Both the position numbers and the translations under genes were made by a program. DNA of 64,000 bases from Sphaerodactylus townsendi (Eukaryota): positions 91,264,001 through 91,328,000 of the forward strand of contig NC_059428.1 of the NCBI RefSeq assembly GCF_021028975.2, in the 5' to 3' direction. The notes under the pieces were generated by a model that did not search any database, was not told the origin of the DNA, and worked only from the letters and a program-made list of their open reading frames with translations. Below, piece by piece: positions 11,330 through 24,673 of this stretch (position 1 is its first letter; each line of letters starts with the position of its first letter).

Positions 11330-13270
11330 AAAGCAGTTGTCTAGCTTTGAAAGGCCAGAGATCTATGGAGATGTCAGGGGGAAGTGACCATATCTTCCTC
11401 GAATTCCTTTTGCAGTGGGGAACTAAGGAAATTCATAGCTACAAGTGTTTGTTAGATTATTATAGGGCAGACTTTAATGAACAAAGAGGAATGATGAGAA
11501 TTGGGCAATATAACAAGAAGGGAAAAGGAGCAAAAGAAGGGTAAGCTCTCCTAAAACAAGAGCTCAATCTATTACTATTTTAACAAGATAGAAGCATGAT
11601 AGGAGATCTAAGGTAGGGGATCCAAGAAGCCAGTATGAATAAACAACTCTATGATGAGCTAATCAAGAAAAAAAGAAATGTTGAAAAAAAGGGGGGGATG
11701 AGCATACTTCTAAAGAAGTCTTATCTGTAGATTTCTCGGCACTGTAGGCAAGCCATCAGGGAGACCAAAGCACACAGTGAGCTGATGCTGGCCAGGAAGG
11801 CTTGCTACAAAAAGAAAAGCTTTTTCAGATATGTGAGAAGCAAAAGCAAGCTAAAGGAGGCATTAGGCCTACAGTGGAGTGAAAATGCAGAAATTCTGAC
11901 AGAGGACTGGGAGAAAGAAGCAGTATATTTTGTTTCAGATTTTTCCCTGAAGAAGAGAACAGGCTCATGTAAAGATGAAAGTAGGCAACAAATATGATCC
12001 GAGTTGCTAGTTTACATGAACAGAGAGGTAGCTGAGAAGCACTTGGATGCATTGGATGAGTACAGTTCACCTGGAACAGATAGTATACATCCAAGAGTAC
12101 TGAAAGAACTATCTAGAGAGTTTGCTGAGCCTTTGTCTATCACCTTCCAAATCTCTTGGCAGGTGAGAGATGTGTCACAAGACTGGAAAGGGCAAACATT
12201 TCCATTTTCAAAAAAGGGAGGAATGATGATCCAGGAAACTATGGTCGATTCCCCACGGTCGATTAATCGCGTGATACTCACGTGAAATACCATGGAATAT
12301 GGACAAACTCTCCACTGCCTGAGAGACTAACAAGTCTTCCAGGTTCTGTCACTCATTCTCCCCCTTGTTCCGCATCTTTTTGGTACCTGGTTGCAAGTGG
12401 AACTTTTCAAAAATCGTGTCACCAACCTGTTTGGTGGGAAGGATCGGGGGACAAATCAGGTTTCTGGATTCCTGCCATTCAGCATGACACAATTTTTTTC
12501 CAGCCAATAGGCGTTCGGTGGGCTGGCTCGATGCACGCGCAGCCTCCTCTAGGTTTTGATTTCGCTTTTTGGGTCTGTGTGCACATGTGTGAGGGAAGGT
12601 GAGCCAATGGACCGTTCGAACAGGAAGACAATGACCCGATTATATGATTAAACTATTAAATGAGGTTCTCCCTCTTTGCCAAATGTGCCCAAAGCCAAGT
12701 CAATGAAGAAAATGAGGCAAAGTCTATGAGAGAGAGTAGAATCTTGTGGTACCCATGCCCTCTGATCAACCTTCACAGCACCTAGGCAGAGATAAGGAAT
12801 CTATTCCTAGCCTTACAGAAAAGTTTTTTAAAATCTAGCCACCAACGGAAACAGGTGGTGCTGATCTTGTGAGAACACGAGATCATGAGAACCTGAGAAA
12901 ATGTTAACCAACCAGAAAGCAGCACATGCTCACATCATGACGTTATCATGTCTTTCATAGGAAAACCAATCCCGCCCCAAAATGACACTCCAGCCAATCA
13001 GGAGAGACCAGCCATTACGATCGCGTGGTAGTGGGGAGTGTGACATTTCCAGAATGCGATATAGGCCTAGATGTCTTCAATTGGAAACAGCTGCAGTGGG
13101 GAGGCTGAAACCTCGATTAAAAGGTGCAGTTTATTCCAAATTTGGTGTGATCTAGATAGAATTTCCCCATGGGGAATCGACCTCCAAGTCAGTCAATCTG
13201 ACCTCCCAGGAAAGATACTGGAAAGATTTTAAAGGGATCAGTCTGCAAGCATACAAAAGGAAACTAGGTG
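11330..13270 (+). mobile_element. CR1 LINE ORF2 fragment, interrupted by a Harbinger MITE
   Basis: Peptides GGSDHIFLEF, KKKSFFRYVRSK, SSPGTDSIHPRVLKELSREFAEPLSITFQISW; sequence gatccaggaaacta|..|aagtcagtcaatctgacctc resumes after 13182. Confidence 0.85.
12243..13182. mobile_element. PIF/Harbinger-type MITE
   Basis: TIRs GGTCGATTCCCCACGG...CCATGGGGAATCGACC; degenerate 3-bp TSD (TAT/TCC); related copy at 53436-54199. Confidence 0.8.
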
Positions 13271-13282
13271 ATCCAAAAGAGT

Positions 13283-14118
13283 GAGCAGCAGTGGCATAGT
13301 GGTTAAGACCAGGTGTACTCTAATCTGGAGGAACTGGGTTTGACTCCCCGCTCTGCCGCTTGAGCTGTGGAGGTTTATCTGGGGAATTCAAGCTGTTTCC
13401 ACACAGGCGGAATACAGCGCCCCAGAGACGCTAAAAACTGCATCCCTTGGGAGGGGTTTGCACAGCCAACACTGCTGCATTGCAGCAGCGCCAGCCTCGC
13501 CACCCCCGAGCAGCGCGAAGGTGCTGCTTCCAAACCTCGCTCCCTGAGCGAGGTTTTTCAGAAGCAGTGTCTTCCAACGCAGCAGCTAGAAGGCACCATC
13601 CCCCCCCCCACCACCACCATCACAGAATGCTGTACCTCTCCTCCTGGCTTCTGGCGCTTCGCGGAGGCCAGGGGACATGCCCCCCTGGCCTGCAACTCCA
13701 GAGCCGTTGCTCCAGCCTGCAAGGGGGGGGGGGTGTCCCCTGGTCTCTGTGATGTGCTGGAAGCTAGGAGGAGAGGTCCAGCATTCCGTGACAGTTAAGC
13801 CTGTGCGAAGGCTGTGCCAGTGCCTGCTGCCCTGCCAGAACCATCCGTGCAAATGGTCCTGGGTGTGTGTGTCGGCATTGTTTATGCTGACACACTCCCT
13901 CTTGGTGCCCGTGCGGAAAGGGCCTCAGATTAGCCTGTGTACTCCAACAAACGCCAGCTGAGTGACCTTGGGCTAGTCACAGTCTTCTGAATTCTTTCAG
14001 CCCCACCCACCTCACAGGGTGTTTGTTGTGAGGGGGGAAGAAAAAGGAGATTGTAAGCCCTTTTGAGTCTCTTTACGGGGGAGGGGGGGTATAAATCCAA
14101 ACTCTTTTTCTTCTTCTC
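13283..14118 (+). mobile_element. tRNA-derived SINE (Squam3-like), split by a Harbinger MITE
   Basis: Pol III A-box TGGCATAGTGG and B-box-like GGTTTGACTCC; (CTT)n tail; colinear with the uninterrupted copy at 29582-29889. Confidence 0.85.
13391..13924. mobile_element. PIF/Harbinger-type MITE nested in SINE
   Basis: TIRs AGCTGTTTCCACAC...GTGCGGAAAGGGCC; TSD TCA; empty site GGGGAATTCAGATTAGCC visible at 29681. Confidence 0.9.
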
Positions 14119-14837
14119 TTAAATATTAAAAAGAAGTGAGGCATAAGGAAATGGTAAAATTATCAGATAAAGGACTATAACTATTAAGCCTGTTTTATAG
14201 CAAAGAAATCATGTGACATACTTCAAGTGCTGCTGCATAAAACCTGGCAAAACTGTATGTATATCAGAGTTCAGATCATTAAGCAGTAGGTAAATTTAAA
14301 TTAAACTGTTTCACCTGGAAGTGTATGCAGCAGTGGTGAAATAAAGCTAGTAAGTATATTTTTATAGTAGAGAAACAGATGTTCTATTGTTTCTATGTGC
14401 CCAGATCCACAGGGACATTGGTTCTTTTGTACAAAACAGAAATAAAACATTTTGAGACTGAAATATAAAATGTTTTCTGCTGGAATTCTGCACAGCTAAC
14501 ATTTTACTATTTTTTTTCCATCAAAGCATTTTATTTGGAAAGTGCTAAATGTTTCTTTTCACCCATCACTTTCAATACGCTCTGTTCTTGTTGTGCACAA
14601 ACCAGGGAACATTTTATTTTTCCTGCCTGACTTACCACCTTCCACTTTCATTTTCTCTGCAGCTCCCACCCACCATTTTCTGCTCCTGCAGAGACTCTCC
14701 ATACCTGCCTTGTTTGCTGAAGGTTTGCTACAGAGGTCTCCTTTGCTAGGAGCTCATCCGCTTGTGATTTCACTGTAAAAAGTACATGAATGAATTTTGT
14801 TTTGCCAAGCTATACAGCGCAAGTGTCTTTTTAATTT

Positions 14838-17800
14838 TTGTTTTGTTTATTTATTTATTTATTTATTTATTTATTTTATTATTTGATTTCGTATACCGCC
14901 CTATCCCCAAAGGGCTCAGGGCGGTGAACAATATAAAAGCATATATAAACATAAATATATAAAAGTTTAAAATTTTCATTCTAAAACAGTATCCCACGAA
15001 CCCATATGCAACCCTCCCAAGAAGAGTGATGGGTCCCGATGATGTTAGGGACCCTATACAGCAGGGGGAGGATGAAAGCAGGGCACCCTCAGCCGCTGGT
15101 CTCTCCGGCCCGTTGGAACAATTCGGGTCTTGCAGGCCCCACGGAACTCCTACAGTCCCACAGAGGGGCCGGACAGCTGGTGGTAGAGGTTCCACCAGGC
15201 AGGCCAGAGCCGCAGCGTCTTCTGGCCCGAAAGTGGAGGCCAGCCGTGATCATTGAGGGGCCAGGGATCTCCAGTAATTGGCCTCTGCTGAGATGCAGAG
15301 GTCGACCTGGGACATATGGGGTAATGCGGTCCTGAAGGTCGAGGGTCCTTGCAGGCCGAAGGCCTGAAGGTCAACACCAACATACCTTGCGAAGATGATC
15401 TCGAACTCCACTGGGAGCCAATGCAGCTGGTGCAACACAGGCTGGATATGATCCCCAGATGGCACTGCCTGTGAGCAGACGCGGCAGCTGCATTTTGACC
15501 AGTTTTAGCTTCCGGACCAGACGCTAGCGGGAAGGCCCGCCAGAGCGAAGTTAAGCAATAGTCTAGCCTGGAGGTGACCGCTGCATGGATCAAGGAAGTG
15601 GCTAGCCGCTGAGGAAGGGAGCCAGCCGCCGGGCCTGTCGAAGATGGAAAAACGCGAACCCGGTTGTATATGGGCCACCTGGGTCTCCATTGAAGGCACG
15701 AATCCAGGTGGACCCCAGGCTGCGAACGGAGGAGGTCGGGCGCCTAATGTGACCCTCCTACACCGGGCGCGGGCTGGAATTTCCACCGCCAAGCTAGAGG
15801 ATCTCCATCTTCGATGGATTAAGTTTTAACCTGCTCTGTTGTAACCAACCAGCCGCATCAGCCCTAAACAATGCTGTAGGAGCTGCAGGCGTGACAGCTC
15901 CGCCTCCATCGACAGAATGAGCTGAGTGTCATCAGCATACTGATGGCAGACCAGCCCAAAACTCTGCACTAACTGAGCAAGGGGTCGCATATAGATGTTA
16001 AATAACAGTGGGGACAATAATGCCCCCCTGAGGCAATAACACCACAATGAAGGGCACCTTCTGGGAAGCTTTGTCCCTTACCACCACATCTACGACTCAC
16101 TCGAGGAACGAGATAATCCATTAGCTGACAGTGCCCCGGACTCCCCGGAGGCGTGCTGTATGCTGGGCCAAAAGGTTGTGGTCACTCACATCAAACGCCA
16201 TGGTGAGATCTAACAACACCAGCAGCTCGATCCGGGCCTCGGTCAAGTTGCAATACGGAGCGATTCGTGACAGCGATGAGAACCGCCTCGGCCCCATGCC
16301 CAGCACGAAGCCGGACTGGAAGGTCGAAGCTGATGTTTCATATCCAGGAAACTCCTGAAGTTGCCTTAACACCACTCTCTCAATTACCTTCCTAGAAACG
16401 GTAAAGATTCAGGACGGGCGGTAATTGGCCAGATCTCCAGGATCTAACGATGGTCTTTTCAAGAGTGGGCGGACTACCGCCTCCTTCAACCCATCTGGAA
16501 AGACTCCTTTGCTCCAAAGAGAGTCATTGATGATTTTCAACAGGTGGGGTCAGAATCTCCCGCAAGTTTTAATTAGCCAGGAAGGCACGATCCAGAGGAC
16601 AGGTAGTAGGTCTAACAGCAGCCAAGATCCTGTCAACAGCAGCTTCGAGAGCAGGGAAACCGCCAAACAAGGGCCAGAAGACGGCAAGGGCGCCTCCAGT
16701 TCACTAATTGTAGTTAAGGTGGCAGGAAGGTCCTGGCGAGCTGACGTACTTTGTCTGCAAAAAAGCTTCATAAATGCCTACTCACAGCTAATAGCATCTT
16801 AATTCACGATTTGTAGAACCCTCTGATAAAGAGGTCAAAGATCGAATTATCCTCAAACAATTGAGCTGGCGCGAGAGCTAGCAGATGCTAGAGAGGAAGA
16901 GAAGAAAGCCTCTTCAGCCTCCCTCTTCGTCAGCTTATTAGCCATAGCGGAGCTTTCATAAACGCCCTATAGGATGTTCGCTAAGAGCTTCGCTGCGTCA
17001 CGGAAAGCTTCTCCACACTTCAAGTTTAGACGCGTCTGAGCACCTGCTTCATCTGGCGAAAGTATTCCTCTGTATACCATGGAGCCTGCCGTGAGCGGCT
17101 TAGAGGAACGCCGGGGAGCAACAGTCTCGGTGGCATCAGAGAGGCGGAATTCCAACTCTCCACTCTGCTCATCAAGTGTGCCGGGCGGAAGGTTCAGGGT
17201 CCCGCAGAGCATTCAGGAAACCAATTGGATCCATAAAGTCTCCCCGTGGGCGGGCATGATAACCGTAGCCCGCCGCTGTGTAGATAGGGCGGCGCGAGCA
17301 TGTCAAGCCGCGAGTTTCTGTGGGCATAGTGGTCCGGACTCATGGCACTCTCTATCAATAGAGGATCACGGAAATCAAGTATTAACCCTCACCCAAAGCA
17401 TCTCAAATCCAGCATGTTGCCCGCCCCCCATGGGTGGGGCCAAGAATTTATTACATGAGGAGGCCTAGAGTCGCCATGGATGACACTAGGTCCAAGAGTC
17501 GCTATACATGAGGCGTGTAATAGAGCTAATGGACATTGAAGTCACCCAGGACAATAAGCCTTGGGAAATCCCTCAACAGCCTTCAGTCGGGCGTACTCAC
17601 TCCCAGCTTCTGGAAGTAACAGCCGCATGAAGCTGGTCATTCCCGTCCCTGCGCGCTTAGGGCGCACCGGGCATACCAGAAAGGGACCGCCAAACCTCTC
17701 CATGGCCAACCACTCCCAGGCCGAACACTCCATGCCGGTATTTGAATCTTCCGGGACCGAGGGACTGCCCTGAAGGGAATGGAATTGGCGGATGAACATT

Positions 17801-18300
17801 TCGCTACACCACCACCCCCCGCCCTGGGTCTGAGATCGGTGGAGTGCACGCTGAAACCGTCCTGGAAGTAGCTGACCAATTCTCACTTGAAGGCTACGGT
17901 CTTCGCCTCACGCATTACCCAGGTTTTACGTGACACAAGCCAGGTCCATTTGCAGACTCTCCAGAAAATCCCGGAGTAATTTCTCGCGGTCTTATTGTTT
18001 ATGGATTCCTGGCATTAATCAGCACCAGAGACGCAAGCAGAGTATCCCTTGAACAACTGTTTTCATCCTCGCGTTCCTAGGGATAGGTCGATAGGTCAGA
18101 AAGCAAACGAAAGCACATCTACTTCTCGTCCGGCTGTCTATCATATAAATCAGCTTCATCGGGCTTATACTGCATACCCCGGGTCTCCATTAGTACTGGG
18201 ATCCTCAGCCCCAACCATGGTGCCCCAATTCCTCCCCCATCTTCTTCCATTTCCTAATCTAAAGCCTCACTTAGATTCTCCCACTATCGCAGAAGTGGAC
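14838..18300 (-). mobile_element. Long L2 LINE (APE endonuclease + RT ORF2, heavily frameshifted)
   Basis: (TTTA)n tail 14838-14885; RT peptides LSPLLFNIYMRPLAQLVQSFGLVCHQYADDTQL, LLVLLDLTMAFD, FQSGF, IHAAVTSRLDYC; EN start (LINA..INNKT-like) ~17990-18030; 5' boundary uncertain. Confidence 0.9.
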
Positions 18301-18949
18301 TCGAGTCCTATTCCTAATTCAGTTAACCAAATTAAATCAGTAATTATTTTACAATATGTGGCTGAGCAAATGCTGTCACGCTTAATACCTAAGGCAATAT
18401 ACTTCAACATTAACCACCCCTAATACAACTCCCCTACAAACAGCAATGCACAACAATAATTACAGTAACAGCAATTATAGGCAGTGTTGGCGAATAGAAA
18501 GGAACGATAATGTCCGGGATTTCCACTATGTGATATAATTGCCCAAAGCTCTCACCAGTGGGCTATAGATGGTATGAATGTTTAGAGGGAGGTGTCTGCA
18601 TAGCTAATGACATGATATGAGAATTGCAGCCGCTTGGACAGCTGGTCTACTTCCCATTAAGAAGCAATAGATTGATCAGTCCAGATGACAGGTTTACCCA
18701 TTGATTTTTATGGGAGGTAGATCAGGCCTCCGAGAAGCTGTGAGTCTCATATCATGTCATCAGCTATGCAGACACCTCCCTCTAAACAAAAAAAAGGAAA
18801 GGAAAAAATGCGTGCAGGATCGCCTGGCAAAACAAACTTTATTTATGTACTTTTTTACGGTGAAATTGTGCATGGATAAGCTGCTAGCAAAGTAAAGCTC
18901 TGTGGGAAGCCTTCAGCAAATGGAGGCACAGATGGAGAATCAACCATAG

Positions 18950-19135
18950 GGGTTCTCAAAGTGGCTTACAAACTCTTTCCCTTCCTCTCCCCACAGCAGA
19001 CACCTTATGAAGTAAGTGGGGCTGAGAGAGTTCTAAGAGAAACTGTGACTGCTCCACAGTGACCCAGCAAACTTCATGCATAGATGTGAAGAATCAAATC
19101 TGGTTCTCCAGATTAGAGTCCACTACTCTCAACTA
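18950..19135 (-). mobile_element. SINE fragment (Squam3-like)
   Basis: Reverse complement of the SINE body (gtggggctgagagag...tgacccagc...ttctccagattagag). Confidence 0.7.
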
Positions 19136-19194
19136 CAGAATCCACTATAACCAGGAGCTTTGGGTTGTAGTGCCACAATTTCCTGTGCCCTCAA

Positions 19195-19885
19195 CTTTTC
19201 CTAGCATTATTGTCTTTCCCAGCAACTTTTGTCTTCTCATTACATGACCAAAGTACAATAGCCGCAGTTTAGTTATTTTAGCTTGTAGGGACAGTTTAAG
19301 CTTGATTTGGCCTAGAATTCACTTATTTTTGGAAGGTCCAGGTATCTGAAACACTCGCTTCCAACAACACATTTAAAAGGAATGTACTTTCTTCCTGTCA
19401 GCTTTGTTCACTGTCTAACTTTCTCACCCAAACATAGTAATAGGGAATACTGCGGCATGAATTAACGTGACCTTGGTTGCCAGTGTCACATTCTTACATT
19501 TAAGAATCTTTTCTAGCTCCTTCATGGCTGCCTTTCCTACTCTCAGTCTCCTGATTTCTTGGATGCAGTCTCCCTTCGTTTGATGATGGAACAAAGGAAT
19601 AGAAAGTCTTCACACCCCACCTCCCCATTATCCACCTTGAAGTTAAGCAATTTTCCAGTAATTACCTTTGTCTTCTTGATGTTCAGCTGTAATCTTGTTC
19701 AGCACTTTAACTTTCAAAAGTAGTCATTTCAAGTCTTTGCTATTTTCTGTCAGTATTGTGGTATCATTAGCCTATCTCAAATTGTTAATGTTCATCCTCT
19801 CAATTTTAACTTTACTTTCATCTAAATCTAATCCACCTTTCCTTATGATATTTTTCTGCATACAGATTGAAGTGATAGGGAGATA
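19195..19885 (-). mobile_element. RTE/BovB-type LINE RT fragment
   Basis: Minus-strand peptide NIIRKGGLDLDESKVKIERMNINNLR followed by a degenerate YADD motif; BovB-like nucleotide motifs. Confidence 0.75.
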
Positions 19886-20727
19886 AAATACACCCTTGTC
19901 TATGTACTGTTCATATATTGCCATGATTTTATGTTTCTTTATCCAAGCTTTACCCTCAAGGCTCAAAGAAAATCCCTCCCCAGGGGAAAAAAAAATCTTC
20001 TCCACTGATTTTAAAGGAGTTCTGCATTATTTGAATGGTTTTGCCCATTTGTGACATATAGCCATTTCTTTTTTCATGGCAATATTAACAAAATTTATTA
20101 CAAATAATGGAGTTAGAAGAGCCCATGGAACTCAGAGAGCCGAGTAGTTTATTTTCATATGAGCTTTTGGTTGTGTTACCCAAAATGCTGGGGTCTGCCT
20201 TTTTATAGTGAGAATTAGCAAGGGCAGACCATGCATTAACAAGAAGGCGAGAAAGCTCTAGATTTTTGACACCCTTGTCACCAAGTTTACAAAGATGGGT
20301 TTCAGCAAGAAATCCACAGGAAACAAAGGTAAAAGTTTAACAATTTTTAATAAAAGAGTAAAAATAATAAGCATACAATCACACAGATCAAAGCAGCAGA
20401 TAATTCACACAGTCCTGGGATATAGATAGTGTTGAGGATAAAGATTTGGAAAAGCAAGGGATTCTTGGGGAATAAGAGGATTGGTACGATGAGCAGAGTT
20501 CAGCAATCTGTACTGAACTCCAGTAAAAGGAGAAAGGTAAAACTTTGATAATAGTATTAGCCAGACAGAGAGATATTTAGGGAAATACTGAACACTGAGT
20601 TCTGGTTGGGGGGGTGCTAGTTATAGGGAAAATGGACCCTTGGGTTATGCTAAGTGACCTTAATCCCCCACACCAAAGGAGGCTCTCACCTTTTGGAGGG
20701 AAGACAAGACAGTGGCAGTTAACTTAA

Positions 20728-21576
20728 GGGGCTTTCCCCACTACAGAAGGGAGCTAAGGTCAGCTCGGTTCCCTTCAGTGGAGGGCGATTCCAGGCTGTC
20801 CCCATTGTGCAATTGAGTTGGCCCCCTGGAACCGAGCTAAGTGGGCATTCCATCTTGGTGCCTGTTTTGCTCCTTGATCGTGATTGGAGCTTGTGTTACG
20901 GCGGGAAACAGGAGCGTTCTTTATTTATTTATTTATTTATTATTTTATTTATTTATGGGATTTCTATACTGCCCAATCCCCAAAGGGCTCTGGGCGGTGT
21001 ACAACATGGATTCCACATACAGTATATAAACAAACCCCATTAATTCAAAAATGTAAGTTTAAAAGTTTAAATATTTAAACGCAGCAATAATTCAGTAAAA
21101 TGGCATCAGCAATACGCCCTAGATTAAACCCTCCCAAAAAAGGGGGAGCAAAACAGTAACAAAAGTGGGTCCCCGAGATGACAGGGGGACTCCGGAAAAC
21201 CGGAGGAATAGAGTAGAAGGGGCACCTAATCAGCGGCTGGGCACTCCAAAACAGTTTTACAGTTTACAGTTTACAGTTACATGCGCTTTCTGCCCGCGAC
21301 TTATCGTCCTGCTCTTACATGCCACAAAAGCTTACTCGTGATTGGTTGAACGGATGAGGTGTCGCTTCAATGCTTCCCCACTCTTTGAAGCTTCAAGAGG
21401 TATTGACCTTTGTTCCGCAGAAAAGTGTAGTTCATAATCAAGCGACAAGCGATGTCGTGAAGTTCTGAGAGGGGGTGGAAACTGAGACAAAACAATGTTG
21501 AGCTCGGTGGCAGTGGGGATTCACTGAGGCAAACCTAGGTAGAAACCAGTTCAACTCTGTCAGTGGGGAAAGCCCC
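20728..21576. mobile_element. PIF/Harbinger-type MITE
   Basis: Perfect TIRs GGGGCTTTCCCCACT...AGTGGGGAAAGCCCC; TSD TAA; inverted related copy at 52012-52729. Confidence 0.9.
20921..21250 (-). mobile_element. L2 3'-end fragment nested in a Harbinger MITE
   Basis: (TTTA)n tail and gcccaatccccaaagggctctgggcggtg 3' motif match 14840-15100; absent from the MITE copy at 52012. Confidence 0.85.
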
Positions 21577-23235
21577 TAAGTGTTGGATGTTTAAGTGCTG
21601 GATAGTCAAACTTTATGGTTTGGCACTTGGCTTAATGTTCTAAGCTAGGGAGTTCCTAGAGATAGATAGCTTCTTAGAATGAAACGGATTTAATAACAAC
21701 TTCAGGACAATGCCAAATGTAAATGAGGGTGGTTTTTGTAGGAGTTAGAAACTAGAAGATACAATTAATATTTTTGCAGGAACTCTTGATGAAATCCTTG
21801 TTAGCATATTCTTTGTCTCATGGAGGCATGTGAATCAGACAGAGTTGGGAACAAGCTTTGAGGCTACAAGCCATTGTCTTTTCCTAATCTCTTTAGGAAG
21901 AGGTGAAGTAAGTTACATTGCTAGGCTGATGTTGGCAAGGGCTAGTCTGGCAAGGTTTTCCCGTTCTCGTGGATGACACTGAGCTAATACAGTAGATAGC
22001 ATTTCATCTTGGTATGGCATTCCTAGGCCACCCTACAAGGTTGGCAGAATGGGTAGGAACACAGCTTCAAAAGCAGCCCCCCCCCCCCAATAGGTGTGTC
22101 TGGTAAAGTTATGTTTGGATGGTGTGTAGAGAGAACCCAGATTAAAGTGTTTTTTTCCTGGAGTTCTATGGTGACTTTTGAGCACCATGGTGTCAAGCTT
22201 CTTTTCAGAATGCAGCAAGTATAGGAAAGTGTTAGCTTGAACTGGCTTGTATATAGAAGAGTAACTTAAGATGCATATTCTACCTAGAATCTGTTTTGTA
22301 GTTTATGAAAAAGAACGAGGATCAAAATAAGGCCATGAAAGCCTTCAACAATACATCAAATTATCCGTTTTTGTCATTTTATTCTGGTCTAGAAGTTATG
22401 AAATCAAAACCTAAAACAATATATGTGAAATCTATTAAGTGCAAGGGTGTGTCATGTTCTTAGATTATGTTAGCCAAAAAGTCCTTCTTCTGAGGTCAGT
22501 GAATTGGCAGATTGAGCATAATCCAGCCAAGGAAATAAAAATGACATTTGGAACTTCAAAAGGCATATGTGAAGCCCGTTAATCTATACTTTTTTTTTGT
22601 TGTATACATGAATATTATGCATCTTCCCATTCCCCAGTTCTGGAATCAGAACTAAGATTCCTAGTTTGTATAGTAAATATGGGCAATAAATTCTCTTTTC
22701 AAAGAGTGTTAAAAAGCAACTGGAAATTCTACATCTGCTTCTGAGAAAAAGCTGAAATAAGCCTGTTTGATCTTAAATCTGAGCACTTATAAATATTCCT
22801 CCCTCCAATTAAATTTTAATGGTAACTTACTATCTGGAAAAGCTATTGCTCAACGTCTTTAGTTTATCAAAGGTTGTCTAATTTCTGTGGGAAAAAATGC
22901 AGACGGAATATATTCCTCAGTTTCTCTGCTTTGGCAAACTGATAATATCTCTTCACATCAGTATTTTTACTGCACGTTATCCAGATGTTTAAAGGGTGAA
23001 CATTAACCAGGCATAACTTGGGAAACATTAGGTACTCAGGAGTTTAAGTATGTGCAATAGTCACAATGAAGAAAAGAATGCAGCAGTCCAAACCAAATGT
23101 GCTGGGAATCCAAAGATCAAGCCATGCAGCATGTGTCAAAAGTCTTTGTTCAGAGGTGGTATACTTCCAAATACAAATACTAAAGACAGCAACAGGGGTA
23201 GACTTCAGCTTTTTTATTCTGCTTTTAGAACTTCT

Positions 23236-23405
23236 GGGTGAATCTGTGTCCAGTTCTAGGCACCATAATTCAAGAGAGATATTGACAAACTGGAATATGT
23301 CCAGAGGAGGGCGACCAAAATAATAAAAGATCTGGAATCCATGCCCCATGAGGAGAGACTTAGGGAGCTGGGTATGTTTAGCTGGAGAAGAGAAGGTTAA
23401 GGGGT
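23236..23405 (+). mobile_element. CR1 3' ORF2 fragment
   Basis: tgtgtccagttctaggcacc...tgtccagaggagggcgaccaaa...catgaggagagacttagggagctgggtatgtttagc is typical CR1 sequence. Confidence 0.8.
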
Positions 23406-23645
23406 GTTAACATGGCCATTAATATGAGTGGGGGGAAAGTTTCTGTTCCAAGTTTAAACATATAATTAAAAACTACGGTCCTAAGGTATATTTAGAAACA
23501 TTAAAAACTGTTTCTGGAATACTTGAATGGAAATTTCATTTTTTTTTTTACTGATCTTATGTAGAAAAATTAGCTTACTCCGATGTGTTGAATAGTTTTA
23601 TATATATTTATACCTGAGCACTATAATTTTACATTGCATTATATA

Positions 23646-24673
23646 TCAGATATACTTGAGTATAAGTCAACCTGAATATAAGTCAGGGCACCTAGTTTTA
23701 CCACAAAAAACTGGGAAACTTATTGATTCAAGTATAAGTCAAGGGTGGGAAATGCAGCAGCTACTGGTAAATTTCAAAAATAAAAATAGATACAAGCAGG
23801 GATGCAAAGGAAAGAAGGGAGACTGCCTCTGGCTCATTGCTTCATGCCACTAAAGACTAGCTGAGTACCCTGTACAAAAGCCTCCTCAAAATGAAGCTCT
23901 TCACTAGAATTTGTAAAAATGTCATTAAAGCAAGCGCAACTTGCTTACAGCAATGCTTCATTACAAACAAAGAGCCAGCACGACTTTAAGCAAAAGCTTA
24001 ACACTTTTATCCTTTTGCATGTTCAGGGACATATTTTATCCAAAGGTGAAATATTTACAGGCCATTAGGAAGATCTACAGTGTCTCTTTTGTCTCCTACT
24101 ACACTTAAGCTAAACAGCACAGAGGGTATTTCTGTCTTTAGAACCATAAGACCTCTCTTTTCAGCTTTAATTTTGTACTGCTGCTTTACAGAGAGGAATT
24201 TGGTAATGGGAAAACTCAGCTTCTTGACCTGGAATTTTACTAAAGTAACAAATCTTGACTTTGCATTTTGGTGCAGTCCTTTAAACATTACTGCTAAGTG
24301 CAATGGAATCTCTCTCCAAAGAGGATGCCATGCCTGCCAGAATACGGAAATTCTAGTGGGCACAGGAGTAATACCCTAACACGCATCTAGAGCCAATGGA
24401 GCAACTCTAAATTGCAAAGACTGTGGCTTTATCAAAGCTTTGGAGGATTTATAAAGAACCACACAAAAGGGAATGGTGAATTTAATACTCAAAGTTGGCT
24501 GCAGGCAAAATGCTTTTGCCACAGCTGGTGGGACCTCCTTTCTTGGTGTTCCACAGCTCCGGGGCCTATCTTGAGATCTATCAGAGGCTACCTGGAAGAG
24601 TATAAGCCGAGGGGCAGCTTTTTCAGCATTAAAAATGTGATGAAAAAGTTGACTTATACTCGTGTATATATGG
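23646..24673. mobile_element. Tc1/mariner (Tc2/pogo-like) non-autonomous element
   Basis: TIR-like ATATACTTGAGTATAAGTCAAC ... GTTGACTTATACTCGTGTATATATGG followed by TA; internal repeats of gagtataag(t/c)c. Confidence 0.65.

Larger units (their letters stand above)
20276..22030 (-). mobile_element. Probable solo LTR (~900 bp net) hosting nested insertions
   Basis: TG...CA termini with candidate 4-bp TSD CCCT; LTR-like composition; TATAA on the minus strand near 20621. Confidence 0.5.
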
